64,000 bases of DNA from an uncultured cyanobacterium. GTDB lineage: Bacteria > Cyanobacteriota > Cyanobacteriia > Cyanobacteriales > Cyanobacteriaceae. The position numbers and the translations under genes were made by a program. The notes under the pieces are model-generated. The model saw only the letters and a program-made list of their open reading frames with translations. It was not told the origin of the DNA and searched no databases. This document shows, piece by piece, positions 1 through 10,453 of this stretch; within the stretch, counting starts at the first letter, position 1; each line of letters starts with the position of its first letter. The stretch is taken from NCBI GenBank assembly GCA_963749915.1, contig CAVVOP010000022.1, forward strand, positions 320,001 to 384,000. Reading direction: 5' to 3'.

Positions 1-1478
1 TTAGCATCTCCTTTATTGGTGAAGGAAGTACTGTTTTTAATCCATTCTTGCATAACGGCACATTGGTTAGGGGCGATGGTTGAACTCATGCTATGTTGAC
101 AGTTTTGTGGTTCTTCCAAGGCAAAAAATAGAATTTTATAACTGCCCAATTGTGACAGGGAAGAAACTACCTGTCGTGCACTTTCGGTTTTTAAGTCCAA
201 ATAACAGGGTAGCCACCTTGCCCCATGAGTGGGATTATAAATTACCGTAATCCAAAGAATCATCGGATGAGGTGAACTCAGAAAAAGAAATTGATTATAG
301 CGAATACTAACTATACGATTCAAAATATCTTGTTTATCTAACATTACCCATAAACTGGGATAGCTTTCGGTTTCTGTCTTGACGATGCGAGGGAAAACTA
401 TTTTTTGTAAGGGTTTATTTTGAGGCCATGTTAATTGAGTTTCTTTGGCTATTTTTGGTTGAGATTTAGGGGTGGGTGGGGGAGGGGTTGCTTCTGAGGA
501 AATTTCCGTTCTATCATCGTGACTAAGACTATTACTAACATCATTGGCAACAATGGTTTCTTGACCAGAATAATTAGTTTTATTATCGGAATTAGTGCGG
601 TTATAAGTTTTTTCTAATCCCTCGATTATTTTTAAGACTTCGGCGACGGTTTGGGGACGATCATCTCTCGATTTTGCGAGACATTTAAGGATAATATTTT
701 TCAATTCTAAAGGTATTTGCACATGAGATTCAAAGGGGCGCGGCTGAAAATCATTATGAGCTTTATACCATGCACCAAAGGAAGAAGTTTCAGGTAAAAT
801 GGGCATCTCTAGGGTTAACATTTCATACATCATTACCCCTAAACTATAAATATCTGATCGATTATCTAATTCCTTTCCTCCCATTTGTTCCGGTGAACAA
901 TAGGCCAAAGTTCCCATAAATGAATGAGTTTGAGTGGCATTTGCCTGTACTAATTTAGCGATTCCAAAGTCTAAAATTTTAACTAATTCCCCCAATGTGG
1001 GATCTTGTAGGACTGAAACATTGCTGGGTTTAATATCTCGATGCACTACTTGACAAAGTTCCCCATGCAACATGATTCCACTATGAGCAGCATCCATCCC
1101 TACACAAATTTGACGAGTGATGTAGAGAAATCGCTTTAATCCCATGGGCTGAAATTTAATAATTTCGCTTAAACTTTGCCCTTCTAAAAATTCCATCACA
1201 TAATAAGGCACTTCGTTTTTATCGATACCATAATCTCTTACTCGGATAATATGAATGCTTTTTTCCCCTAACAGGGCACTAATAGTAGCTTCCCTTTCAA
1301 AGCGGTGACGCATTTTTTCATTCAGCAGAGTTTGGGAGAGGAATTTAATAGCCACAGTTACCCCACCTAACACCATATCCTCGGCTCTATATACTTGTCC
1401 CATTGCCCCAGAGCCGATTAATTCTATTAGTTGATAACGATCACCTAATATACGATTGTTTTTTTTCCCTAAACTCAT
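1..1478 (-). CDS. Ser/Thr protein kinase, SpkA-like (3' end runs off window)
   Basis: Not in ORF track. Read manually from ATG at 1478: MSLGKKNNRILGDRYQLIELIGSGAMGQVY...VAIK...HRDIKPSN...DFGIAK; Hanks-type motifs, Pro-rich linker, C-terminal domain like cyanobacterial SpkA. Confidence 0.9.
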   Translation of the reverse strand, partial: MSLGKKNNRILGDRYQLIELIGSGAMGQVYRAEDMVLGGVTVAIKFLSQTLLNEKMRHRFEREATISALLGEKSIHIIRVRDYGIDKNEVPYYVMEFLEGQSLSEIIKFQPMGLKRFLYITRQICVGMDAAHSGIMLHGELCQVVHRDIKPSNVSVLQDPTLGELVKILDFGIAKLVQANATQTHSFMGTLAYCSPEQMGGKELDNRSDIYSLGVMMYEMLTLEMPILPETSSFGAWYKAHNDFQPRPFESHVQIPLELKNIILKCLAKSRDDRPQTVAEVLKIIEGLEKTYNRTNSDNKTNYSGQETIVANDVSNSLSHDDRTEISSEATPPPPTPKSQPKIAKETQLTWPQNKPLQKIVFPRIVKTETESYPSLWVMLDKQDILNRIVSIRYNQFLFLSSPHPMILWITVIYNPTHGARWLPCYLDLKTESARQVVSSLSQLGSYKILFFALEEPQNCQHSMSSTIAPNQCAVMQEWIKNSTSFTNKGDA

Positions 1479-1535
1479 GATTTAACTTAAATATCAAATC
1501 TTATCTATATTCATTCTGACCCATGTTGAGATATT

Positions 1536-1979
1536 TTACCCATAACGTTCCAAAATCCCTTCCAAAGTGTTAAAAATATTATTCCCCCTCATCATACCAC
1601 TGGTGAGGTGATAGGTATCGTCATCAAGACAAAAGTAACTTTCAAAGCCATTTAAACGGCGATTATCTCCTAATACCCAATACCGTTGAATAATAGAATT
1701 GTTACTTAACCAACCTTCCCCTTCTATTCTCTCAAAGTCACTTCGTCTTAACACATAAGCGTATTGAGTCTTATTCGCTGGTAAAAATCCTTTATATTCA
1801 AAGATTATATCTTGGCGATTACTATTAGGAAAAACAATTTTAGTTTTGATAAAAAACCAATTAGTTTGATCCCATGTGATAATGGTAGCACCTTTAAAAG
1901 GGATAGATTTTTGGCTTTTATCTAGCCATGTACCTTTAATAATCCAACTACTGGGTTCTAATAGAAAGGTATGAGTCAT
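1536..1979 (-). CDS. conserved hypothetical protein (beta-rich)
   Basis: 147-aa ORF co-oriented with the kinase; no motif recognised. Confidence 0.7.
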   Translation of the reverse strand: MTHTFLLEPSSWIIKGTWLDKSQKSIPFKGATIITWDQTNWFFIKTKIVFPNSNRQDIIFEYKGFLPANKTQYAYVLRRSDFERIEGEGWLSNNSIIQRYWVLGDNRRLNGFESYFCLDDDTYHLTSGMMRGNNIFNTLEGILERYG

Positions 1980-2120
1980 GGAAATCAGGGGTAAAAATAA
2001 AGGCTAAAATGATGTTAAGACTTTAACCTATAACAGATAATATACATAAAAACTATCATGCCTACAAATAAAGTTAAGGGAAATATACTAGGGAATAAAC
2101 TGCTATACTAAAGACTTAGA

Positions 2121-2134
2121 CAACTAATTTGTTG
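2121..2134. promoter_or_regulatory. SufR operator CAAC-N6-GTTG
   Basis: CAAC TAATTT GTTG 60 bp upstream of sufR; exact match to the known cyanobacterial SufR palindrome. Confidence 0.8.
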
Positions 2135-2194
2135 TTTTATTGTTCAGGAATATTAGAATAACCATTAAATCTATTAATGATTTAGAGGAAGATT

Positions 2195-2872
2195 ATGAAA
2201 ACTTCCCTACAACAATCTAGTAAAGAGTCTATTTTGCAATATTTACTGAAGGAAAATAAAGCTTCAGTACAAACTATTGCTGAAGTCATGAATATCAGTC
2301 CCCAAGCCACTCGACGACATTTAAAAGAGTTAGAAGATCAAGGATTAATCGAAAGGGATGTTATTCCCATAAGAACAGGAAGACCACAACATTTTTATTC
2401 TTTGTCCAGGAAAGGGCGCGACCACTTTCCCCAAAATTACGGTGAATTTGCCTTATCCTTTTTGGATACCCTAACCGAAACCCTAGGAGAAAATCAAGTT
2501 ACTAAAGTCTTAGAAAAACAATGGCAAAGAAAAGCCGAAAATTATCGGCAATATTTAACTGGCAAAAGTTTACACGAACGGGTAAGTCAGTTAGCACAAA
2601 TTAGGAAAGAAGAAGGTTACATGGCTGAATTGTTTTGGGTAGAAGAAGATTTAAACCATCCACAACAATTTTTCTTAACCGAGCATAACTGTGCTATATC
2701 TGATGTCGCGGAATCTTATCCTCAAGTTTGTAGTCATGAATTGGAGATGTTTGCTTCTTTATTTCCTGATTGTAAAGTTGAGCGAACCAATTGGATTAAT
2801 AATGGTGAACATCGTTGCGGTTATTTGATTCAAGGTTTCACCATTCATAATTCAAGATCTAATACAAAATAG
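2195..2872 (+). CDS. sufR: Fe-S cluster biosynthesis transcriptional regulator SufR
   Basis: N-terminal wHTH (QATRRHLKELE, GRPQHFY), C-terminal EHNCAI...C..EL...C Fe-S ligands. Confidence 0.95.
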   Translation: MKTSLQQSSKESILQYLLKENKASVQTIAEVMNISPQATRRHLKELEDQGLIERDVIPIRTGRPQHFYSLSRKGRDHFPQNYGEFALSFLDTLTETLGENQVTKVLEKQWQRKAENYRQYLTGKSLHERVSQLAQIRKEEGYMAELFWVEEDLNHPQQFFLTEHNCAISDVAESYPQVCSHELEMFASLFPDCKVERTNWINNGEHRCGYLIQGFTIHNSRSNTK

Positions 2873-2927
2873 GGCTTTGCCTCTACCAGATTCCCAATCT
2901 GCTTATATATCTTATAACTTAACATTT

Positions 2928-3188
2928 ATGCGGAACATGATCGATAATCAACAATTTTTATCCCCAGAAGAGTCCCTGGAAGTAGAAAAAGCCTTACTCA
3001 CATCCTCGGAAAAGTTTTTAACTCGTTTAACCATTTCTTCCCTGAGATTATTACAGGTTATCGCTCAAGATTTAGGCACATCCGTAGATGAATTAACTAG
3101 TAATCAAATTATAACATGGATGGAAAAAGATAGTAAAACCAGAAAAGAAGAAGGAAAAGATCGAGCTGTGCTTAAATGGGAAAATTAA
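2928..3188 (+). CDS. conserved cyanobacterial hypothetical protein
   Basis: ORF directly after sufR; ATG at 2928 or 2937 more likely than TTG 2877. Confidence 0.7.
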   Translation: MRNMIDNQQFLSPEESLEVEKALLTSSEKFLTRLTISSLRLLQVIAQDLGTSVDELTSNQIITWMEKDSKTRKEEGKDRAVLKWEN

Positions 3189-3266
3189 CACTATGCCATG
3201 AGTGCAAGAGTGCCAGAATAATTGAATAATAGAATAAAATAATTAAAAATTAAAAGTAATTGATTC

Positions 3267-4718
3267 ATGACTTCAATCAGTGAGTTACATCAACAGATTA
3301 AAACTAAAAAACGTTCCGCAGTCGAAATTACCGAAGAATATTTAAACACTATTGAAAAGTTAGAGCCACAAATTAAGAGTTTCTTGTATGTTACCAAAGA
3401 TTTAGCTTTAGAAACGGCGAAAAAAGTGGATGAAAAAGTGGCATCAGGGGAAGAAATTCATATCCTCGAGGGCATCCCTATGGCTATTAAAGATAATATG
3501 TCAACAAAAGGTATTCCCACTACTTGTGCCTCAAAAATTTTAGAGAATTTTATCCCCAGTTATGAATCTACTGTTACCCAAAAATTGAGAGATCAAGGTG
3601 CGGTAATTTTAGGTAAAACTAACTTAGATGAGTTTGCCATGGGTAGTTCAACAGAGAACTCTGGCTATCAAGTCACAGCTAATCCTTGGGATATTACAAG
3701 AGTACCGGGTGGATCTTCTGGAGGCTCTGCCGCTGCCGTTGCTGCCCATGAATGTGTAGTATCCTTAGGATCGGATACAGGGGGATCAATTCGTCAACCT
3801 GCTTCTTTCTGTGGTGTAGTCGGATTAAAACCGACTTATGGCTTAGTGTCTCGTTTCGGTTTAGTCGCCTATGCTTCTTCCCTGGATCAAATTGGTCCTT
3901 TTGCCCATACTGTTAAAGATGCGGCTATTTTACTACAGGCGATCGCAGGATATGACCATAAAGATTCTACTAGCTTAAAAGTAAAAATTCCTGACTATAG
4001 AAAATCTTTCACCACTGATTTAAAAGGCTTAAAAGTAGGCATTATTAAAGAAACTTTTGGGGATGGATTAGATAACGTGGTCGCTGAGAGTGTGAACCAA
4101 GCTATTAAGGAATTAGAAAAATTGGGAGCACAAGTTAAAAAAATTTCCTGCCCTCGTTTTCGTTACGGCTTACCCATTTATTACATTATTGCTCCCTCCG
4201 AAGCATCCGCCAATTTAGCCCGTTACGATGGGGTTAAATATGGCATTAGAAACGATGCTGATAACCTTTTAGAAATGTACACAAGTACTAGAGCTAAAGG
4301 GTTTGGAGCGGAAGTAAAACGCCGAATCATGTTAGGTACTTACGCCTTATCCGCAGGTTATTATGACGCTTATTATCTCAAAGCACAAAAAGTTCGTACT
4401 CTTATAAAAGAAGACTTTGATAATGCCTTTACCGATGTCGATGTCTTGATTTCTCCCACCGCACCAACCACCGCCTTTAAAGCCGGGGAAAAAACCGATG
4501 ATCCCCTGAGTATGTATTTATCCGATTTAATGACAATTCCTGTAAATTTAGCAGGTCTGCCCGGCATGAGTATTCCCTGCGGATTTGATAATCAAAATTT
4601 ACCCATTGGAATGCAATTAATCAGTAATGTTTTACGAGAAGATGTCTTATTTAAAGTCGGTTACGCTTATCAAGAAGCCACGGATTGGCATGGAAAATGC
4701 CCACATCTGAGTTGTTAA
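3267..4718 (+). CDS. gatA: Asp/Glu-tRNA amidotransferase subunit A
   Basis: Amidase signature [25 protein letters not shown]. Confidence 0.98.
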   Translation: MTSISELHQQIKTKKRSAVEITEEYLNTIEKLEPQIKSFLYVTKDLALETAKKVDEKVASGEEIHILEGIPMAIKDNMSTKGIPTTCASKILENFIPSYESTVTQKLRDQGAVILGKTNLDEFAMGSSTENSGYQVTANPWDITRVPGGSSGGSAAAVAAHECVVSLGSDTGGSIRQPASFCGVVGLKPTYGLVSRFGLVAYASSLDQIGPFAHTVKDAAILLQAIAGYDHKDSTSLKVKIPDYRKSFTTDLKGLKVGIIKETFGDGLDNVVAESVNQAIKELEKLGAQVKKISCPRFRYGLPIYYIIAPSEASANLARYDGVKYGIRNDADNLLEMYTSTRAKGFGAEVKRRIMLGTYALSAGYYDAYYLKAQKVRTLIKEDFDNAFTDVDVLISPTAPTTAFKAGEKTDDPLSMYLSDLMTIPVNLAGLPGMSIPCGFDNQNLPIGMQLISNVLREDVLFKVGYAYQEATDWHGKCPHLSC

Positions 4719-4745
4719 GTTGAATTTAGATAGATCTATCTGTAT

Positions 4746-4862
4746 ACCTAGTGGTCGGCCAATTTTGAAATGAGGGATAAAACAATCCTCCAAAATCCAA
4801 AATCCAAAATCCAAAATTATCCGTTCCCAGTCCCTCAAAACTATCTTGACAGACCACTAGGT
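4746..4862. mobile_element. MITE-like element, 17-bp imperfect terminal inverted repeats, internal (TCCAAAA)x4
   Basis: ACCTAGTGGTCGGCCAA (4746-4762) vs TTGACAGACCACTAGGT (4846-4862), 15/17; heptamer repeat 4789-4816. Confidence 0.7.
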
Positions 4863-4974
4863 CATAAATCTTTATTTTCACGAATTCATTAGCTTCTGCC
4901 CTCTGCCTCGCCCGAAGGGCAGTTAAAGAATCATCAATTATTTCCTCGAAATTTATATTACTTCTTCTTCTTAA

Positions 4975-6912
4975 ATGACTATTATTACGATAAAATCACT
5001 GAAAAAAGATTTTGGTGTCAAAGAAATTCTCAAGGATGCCAGTTTTAGCATTGACGATAACGATAAAGTTGGTTTAATTGGGGTTAACGGTTCAGGAAAA
5101 TCAACCCTCTTGAAGATTTTATCAGGTTTAGAACCCCATGACGGCGGGGAAATGGTGGTTAAATCGGGGGCAAAAATTATTTATCTTCCCCAACAACCAG
5201 AAATTGAGGCCAATAATACGGTCTTAGAGCAAGTTTTTGCCTACAGTGGCGAACAAATGCAGTGGATTAAAGAATATGAGGATTTATCTCATCGTATCGC
5301 TCACCATATAGACAGTATCACCCAAGAACAGTTAATGGGTAAATTAGCATGGGTGACGGAAAAAATTGATAGGGCTAATGCTTGGGATTTGGAAACTAAC
5401 GCTAAAATCATTCTTGATAAGTTGGGAATTAGGGATTTGGAGGCAAAAATGGGAGATTTATCCGGGGGTTATCGCAAAAGGGTCGCCCTTGCCTCGGCTT
5501 TAATGGCCGATCCTGATTTATTATTAATGGATGAGCCGACTAACCATCTCGATGCGGAGTCGGTGCAATGGTTACAGGAATATTTGCAAAGGTTTCGAGG
5601 TGCAATTTTTCTGATTACCCATGATCGCTATTTCTTAGATCAGGTTACAACTCGTATTCTAGAAATTGATCGAGGGGATATGTATAGTTATAGTGGCAAT
5701 TATAGCTATTATCTGGAGAAAAAAGCCCTTGCGGAAGAATCGATGGCTAGTAGTCAGAGAAAACATCAAGGGGTCTTAAGGAGGGAGTTAGAGTGGCTAA
5801 AACGAGGTCCTAAAGCTCGTAGTACGAAACAAAAAGCTCGTATCGATCGTATTTATGACATGAAGGATAAGCAGTTTAAGCAAACTCGAGGGAAGGTGGA
5901 AATTGATACCCCTAGTCGTCGTATTGGCAAAAAAGTCATTGAATTAGATCATATTAGCAAATCTTTCGGTCATCGAACTCTCATTAAAGATTTTAGCTAT
6001 GAATTTGCCCCCGATGATAGAGTTGGGATTATTGGCGGCAACGGCGTTGGTAAGTCAACCCTGATGAATTTAATCATGGCGAAAATCGAGCCAGATAGCG
6101 GTAAAGTAGAAATAGGTAGTACTATTCATATCGGTTATTTTGATCAGCATTCTGATAGTTTAATCACCGCCGCCCAAAATGAACAACGAGCCATAGAATA
6201 TATCAAAGATGTGGCTACTTATATCGAAACCGCCGACGGTAGTCAGATAAGTGCTTCTCAACTGTTAGAAAGATTTTTATTCACTCCCAATCAGCAATAT
6301 TCTCCCATTGCCAAATTATCGGGAGGAGAAAAACGCCGTTTATTTTTACTAAGGATGTTAATTAGTAATCCTAATGTATTAATCTTAGATGAGCCTACCA
6401 ATGATTTAGATGTGCAAACTTTAGCGGTGTTAGAAGAATATATCGAATCTTTTAAAGGTTGTGTAATCGTAGTATCCCACGATCGCTACTTTCTTGATCG
6501 CACTGTGGATACAATTTTTGCCTTTGAAGATAATGGTAATTTACGGCAATATCCTGGTAATTACTCCGTTTATTTAGACTATAAAAAGAAAGAAGATAAA
6601 CAAATTCAAGAAGACAAAACTCCTGATAAGAAACTGGAAGAACAACCTAAAAATGTTGGGGAAAAAGAGCAGAAATCGAGTAGGATTATCAGAAAAATAT
6701 CGAGTTACCAAAGACGAGAATTAGAAAAACTAGAAACAAAAATTATCCCTAATTTAGAGACTAAAAAAGCAGAAATTGAAAAGGAATTATATCAAAATTC
6801 TAACCATGATTATGACACTCTGAATAAGTTAACAGCAGAATTAGCTAATGTTAATCAAGAAATAGACGAAGCAACTATAAAATGGATGGAATTAGCCGAA
6901 TTAGATAGTTAA
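4975..6912 (+). CDS. ABC-F family ATP-binding protein (Uup-like)
   Basis: Two ABC domains (GVNGSGKST, GGNGVGKST, LSGG, DEPTN), no TM, C-terminal coiled coil. Confidence 0.93.
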   Translation: MTIITIKSLKKDFGVKEILKDASFSIDDNDKVGLIGVNGSGKSTLLKILSGLEPHDGGEMVVKSGAKIIYLPQQPEIEANNTVLEQVFAYSGEQMQWIKEYEDLSHRIAHHIDSITQEQLMGKLAWVTEKIDRANAWDLETNAKIILDKLGIRDLEAKMGDLSGGYRKRVALASALMADPDLLLMDEPTNHLDAESVQWLQEYLQRFRGAIFLITHDRYFLDQVTTRILEIDRGDMYSYSGNYSYYLEKKALAEESMASSQRKHQGVLRRELEWLKRGPKARSTKQKARIDRIYDMKDKQFKQTRGKVEIDTPSRRIGKKVIELDHISKSFGHRTLIKDFSYEFAPDDRVGIIGGNGVGKSTLMNLIMAKIEPDSGKVEIGSTIHIGYFDQHSDSLITAAQNEQRAIEYIKDVATYIETADGSQISASQLLERFLFTPNQQYSPIAKLSGGEKRRLFLLRMLISNPNVLILDEPTNDLDVQTLAVLEEYIESFKGCVIVVSHDRYFLDRTVDTIFAFEDNGNLRQYPGNYSVYLDYKKKEDKQIQEDKTPDKKLEEQPKNVGEKEQKSSRIIRKISSYQRRELEKLETKIIPNLETKKAEIEKELYQNSNHDYDTLNKLTAELANVNQEIDEATIKWMELAELDS

Positions 6913-7024
6913 CATTTTCCTGTGTTAACTAAAGTATAGTTAAATCAGACTGAATCTGTTACCTACCTTAACTCGCCAATTTTAAACTTGATGCAAGTCT
7001 GAAGTATTATGAATAAAAATAATT

Positions 7025-8773
7025 TTACATTCTTTCTAATACGGAAATACCGAGTAAAGAGAGCCCCAATCTGATCACTTTTGCAGTTAAATCAGCTAAA
7101 GTTAAACGTGACAATTTTACCTCCTCTTCTGCTTGTAAAATAGGACATTGATCATAAAATTGATTAAATTTTTGGCTTAACTCAAATAAGTACAAACAAA
7201 GACGATTAGGTAATAAATCTTTTTCGACTTCTTTAACAATAAAATCTAGTTGTAAAAGATGTTTTGCCAACACTAATTCGCTTTCTTCTGTCAAGAGAAT
7301 AGGAGTCTCAGAATTTAAGTTATTTAAGTCAATATTACCTTTTCGACTGATACCTTGAACTCGCACATAAACATATAAAAGATAAGGAGCCGTATTACCT
7401 TGTAAAGCTAACATTTTATCATAGCTAAATTTATAATCAGTGGTGCGATTTTGACTTAAATCTGCGTATTTTACTGAACTTAAACCGACAATTTTACTCA
7501 CTTGATTAATAAAGTCTTCTGTTTCTTTTCTTTCTTCCGTTTGTAAACGTTTTTCTAAGTCTTGTTTTGCCCTATTTACCGCTTCGTCCAATAAGTCTTT
7601 TAAGCGAATTGTTTCTCCAGATCTGGTCTTGATTTTTTTACCATCTTCTGCTAAAACTAACCCGAAAGGTACATGGACTAATTCCACATTTTTAGGCACA
7701 AAGTTTGCCTTTTTTGCTACTTGAAAAACTTGAGCGAAGTGATTAGATTGTCCCGCATCAGTTACATAAATTATTCTGCGGGCTTTATCTTTATTAATAC
7801 GATATTTCAAGGCCGCTAAATCAGTGGTTGCATAATTATACCCGCCGTCAGATTTCTGGACGATTAAGGGTAAAGGATTACCTTCTTTATTAACAAAACC
7901 ATCAAGGAAAACACACTTTGCTCCTTGATCTTCTGTTAAAAGATTAGCACTTTTTAAATCACTGATAACTTGAGGTAAAAAGGGATTATAAAAAGATTCA
8001 CCTCTTTCCGTTAATTTTATGTCTAATAATTGATAAATAATTTCAAATTCTCGGCGAGATTGCTCACATAATAATTGCCATGCTTTGATACTTTCAGGAT
8101 CTTTACTCTGCAATTTTACTACTTCTTGACGAGCTTCTTCTTGAAACTCTAAATCTTGATCAAATTTCACTTTTGCCTGTTTATAAAGAGTAACCAAATC
8201 ACCTATTTTCACAGCATTAGCGGTGGTTAAAACTTCAGGTTTTTCTGTACGCAAATAATTAATTAACATCCCGAATTGAGTGCCCCAATCCCCCACGTGA
8301 TTAAGTCTTAAAACATCATAACCTCTCAGTTCTAAGATCCGGGCAATACTATCACCAATAATAGTAGATCTCAGATGTCCAACGTGCATTTCCTTAGCTA
8401 TATTTGGACTAGAAAAGTCAACTATTACGGTGTAAGATTTATCAATTTTTGTCACTCCTAAACGCTCATCTTGATGAACTAATTTTATTTGTTGAGCGAT
8501 ATATTCGGGCTTAATTTTTATGTTAATAAATCCCGGTCCAGCAATATCTAAAGATTCACAAAAATCACCCAATTTCACATTCTTTATAATACTTTGTGCG
8601 ATGGATCTTGGAGGTTGTTGTAAAGTTTTTGCTAAGGATAAAGCCACGTTACATTGATAGTCCCCAAATTTGGGATTACTAGCAGGTACTACTAATGGAT
8701 CAATATTCGATCCAGCATTACCAAAGGCTTGAATTAAAGCATCAATAAAAATATTTCTAAGTTTTTCAATCAT
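7025..8773 (-). CDS. argS: arginine--tRNA ligase
   Basis: [29 protein letters not shown]-terminal ERM. Confidence 0.98.
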   Translation of the reverse strand: MIEKLRNIFIDALIQAFGNAGSNIDPLVVPASNPKFGDYQCNVALSLAKTLQQPPRSIAQSIIKNVKLGDFCESLDIAGPGFINIKIKPEYIAQQIKLVHQDERLGVTKIDKSYTVIVDFSSPNIAKEMHVGHLRSTIIGDSIARILELRGYDVLRLNHVGDWGTQFGMLINYLRTEKPEVLTTANAVKIGDLVTLYKQAKVKFDQDLEFQEEARQEVVKLQSKDPESIKAWQLLCEQSRREFEIIYQLLDIKLTERGESFYNPFLPQVISDLKSANLLTEDQGAKCVFLDGFVNKEGNPLPLIVQKSDGGYNYATTDLAALKYRINKDKARRIIYVTDAGQSNHFAQVFQVAKKANFVPKNVELVHVPFGLVLAEDGKKIKTRSGETIRLKDLLDEAVNRAKQDLEKRLQTEERKETEDFINQVSKIVGLSSVKYADLSQNRTTDYKFSYDKMLALQGNTAPYLLYVYVRVQGISRKGNIDLNNLNSETPILLTEESELVLAKHLLQLDFIVKEVEKDLLPNRLCLYLFELSQKFNQFYDQCPILQAEEEVKLSRLTLADLTAKVIRLGLSLLGISVLERM

Positions 8774-8828
8774 CGAACAATCAATTAAATATGTATAAAA
8801 ATTTAATATAACGGGGACATTCTATCAT

Positions 8829-8946
8829 TAGACCTCTTGCAAAAGTTAAAAAATCTGGCCGTCAGAGGAGTCAGGAGTCAGAAAGGCTTGGATAATCCAA
8901 AATCCAGAATTACCTAACCGAGAAATCTATTTTTGCAAGAGGTCTA
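8829..8946. mobile_element. MITE-like element with perfect 16-bp inverted repeats (TA ends)
   Basis: TAGACCTCTTGCAAAA (8829-8844) / TTTTGCAAGAGGTCTA (8931-8946); internal heptamer-like repeats. Confidence 0.8.
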
Positions 8947-9669
8947 TTGTGGATATTGGTCCCAAAGAGTACAATTTTGACGAATACTGCGAAAATCGCC
9001 ATTACCGATGATTAAATGGTCTAAAATAGGAATATTAACAATATTGGCACATTGTAACAACTGTTCCGTCAAATTTAAATCTTCCAAGGAAGGCTCAAGA
9101 TTACCCGAAGGATGATTATGGGCAATGATAATATTCGTGGCCGATTGACGGATGGCCTCTCGGAATAATTCACGGGGATGAATGAGAGTTTCTGTGGCGA
9201 TACCGATGGTGATAACTTGAGTACTGATTAAACTATTTTTGGTGTCTAATAACAATACGGCAAAACGCTCTTGACATTGCCACATTAACTCGTGACTAAA
9301 AGCTGAGGCAGCGGCATTTGGGCTATCGATGATGGCTTTGGCAGAAGGACGAAATTGAAAAGTGCGTTTCCCTAATTCGATCCCCGCAAGGATTGTTGTC
9401 GCTTTTGCTGGGCCAATTCCCGGTATTTTCATTAGTTCCAACGGCGAAATTTCACGCAATACATCAAGGGGATCTCGTTTATTCTCACTAAGTTGATGAA
9501 GAATATATTGAGCTAAACCTACGGCGGATAATTTGCCTTTTCCTTGCCCTGTACCCAATAGAATGGCGATTAACTCCGCAGAGCTCAGATTTCTAGCCCC
9601 TGACTCTATTAATCTCTCTCTAGGGCGTTCACTTACGGGCAAATCAGCGATTCTTAGATTATAAACCAT
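8944..9669 (-). CDS. radC: RadC family (JAB domain) protein
   Basis: ERPRERL, HhH GIGPAKA, AHNHPSG...S..D...DH. Confidence 0.95.
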   Translation of the reverse strand: MVYNLRIADLPVSERPRERLIESGARNLSSAELIAILLGTGQGKGKLSAVGLAQYILHQLSENKRDPLDVLREISPLELMKIPGIGPAKATTILAGIELGKRTFQFRPSAKAIIDSPNAAASAFSHELMWQCQERFAVLLLDTKNSLISTQVITIGIATETLIHPRELFREAIRQSATNIIIAHNHPSGNLEPSLEDLNLTEQLLQCANIVNIPILDHLIIGNGDFRSIRQNCTLWDQYPQ

Positions 9670-9902
9670 CGTCTCATTTCATTACAAAACCAATATTTTC
9701 AGTATTGTAAATCTTTTTAACTACATATAGGCAAATAATTTATGTAATATTTAAAGAACTTTTTGCTACAATACTAAATAATGGAAGTTGCCATTGCTTC
9801 TATGGAAAACCTTTTTAACACTCCTAAAAGTTCATCATCTCTTTTGCCGAATATTAGAAATTTAAACAATCAATTAATCAAATTAGCACCGAGTATCATT
9901 TA

Positions 9903-10328
9903 ATGAAAAATATTGGGCAATTGGGAGAAAAAATTATCGCTCAATGGCTAACAAATAAAGGTTATAAAATATTGTATTCCCGTTGGCGTTGTCCATGGGG
10001 CGAAATAGATTTAATTGCTAAGGATAATAACCGTCAAGTTTTGGTGTTTATCGAAGTAAAAACTCGTGGGGTTAATAATTGGGATAATAATGGGGTTTGC
10101 GCCATCAACGAAAGTAAGCAAGAAAAACTATGGTTAACCGCAGAAACTTTTTTAAGCGAAAATTCCTCTTTTTCTACCTTTAATTGTCGTTTCGATATTG
10201 CTTTATTAATCTATCAAAAAAATTCATCTGTTAATCAAGTAGAACATTTAGTTATTAACGGTAATAATATTAATTATCAGGGTTATCGGTTTTACATCGT
10301 TGATTATATCGAAAATGCTTTTTCATGA
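9903..10328 (+). CDS. yraN: YraN family nuclease-fold protein
   Basis: GQLGE, GEIDLIA, FIEVKTR, RFD motifs. Confidence 0.92.
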   Translation: MKNIGQLGEKIIAQWLTNKGYKILYSRWRCPWGEIDLIAKDNNRQVLVFIEVKTRGVNNWDNNGVCAINESKQEKLWLTAETFLSENSSFSTFNCRFDIALLIYQKNSSVNQVEHLVINGNNINYQGYRFYIVDYIENAFS

Positions 10329-10453
10329 TTTCATGTTTATAATAGTTATCTGGATAAATTATGCCCTTCTCAATTATTACAAAATTTATCTCTATGAATT
10401 GAGATTAATCATCCAAGATTTATGCTTAAAATTTTTTTAAAATAAATCAAATT

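Noticed and set aside
6945..7002. Degenerate inverted repeat between ABC-F and argS
   Set aside because: Weak; cannot distinguish a terminator from a MITE relic
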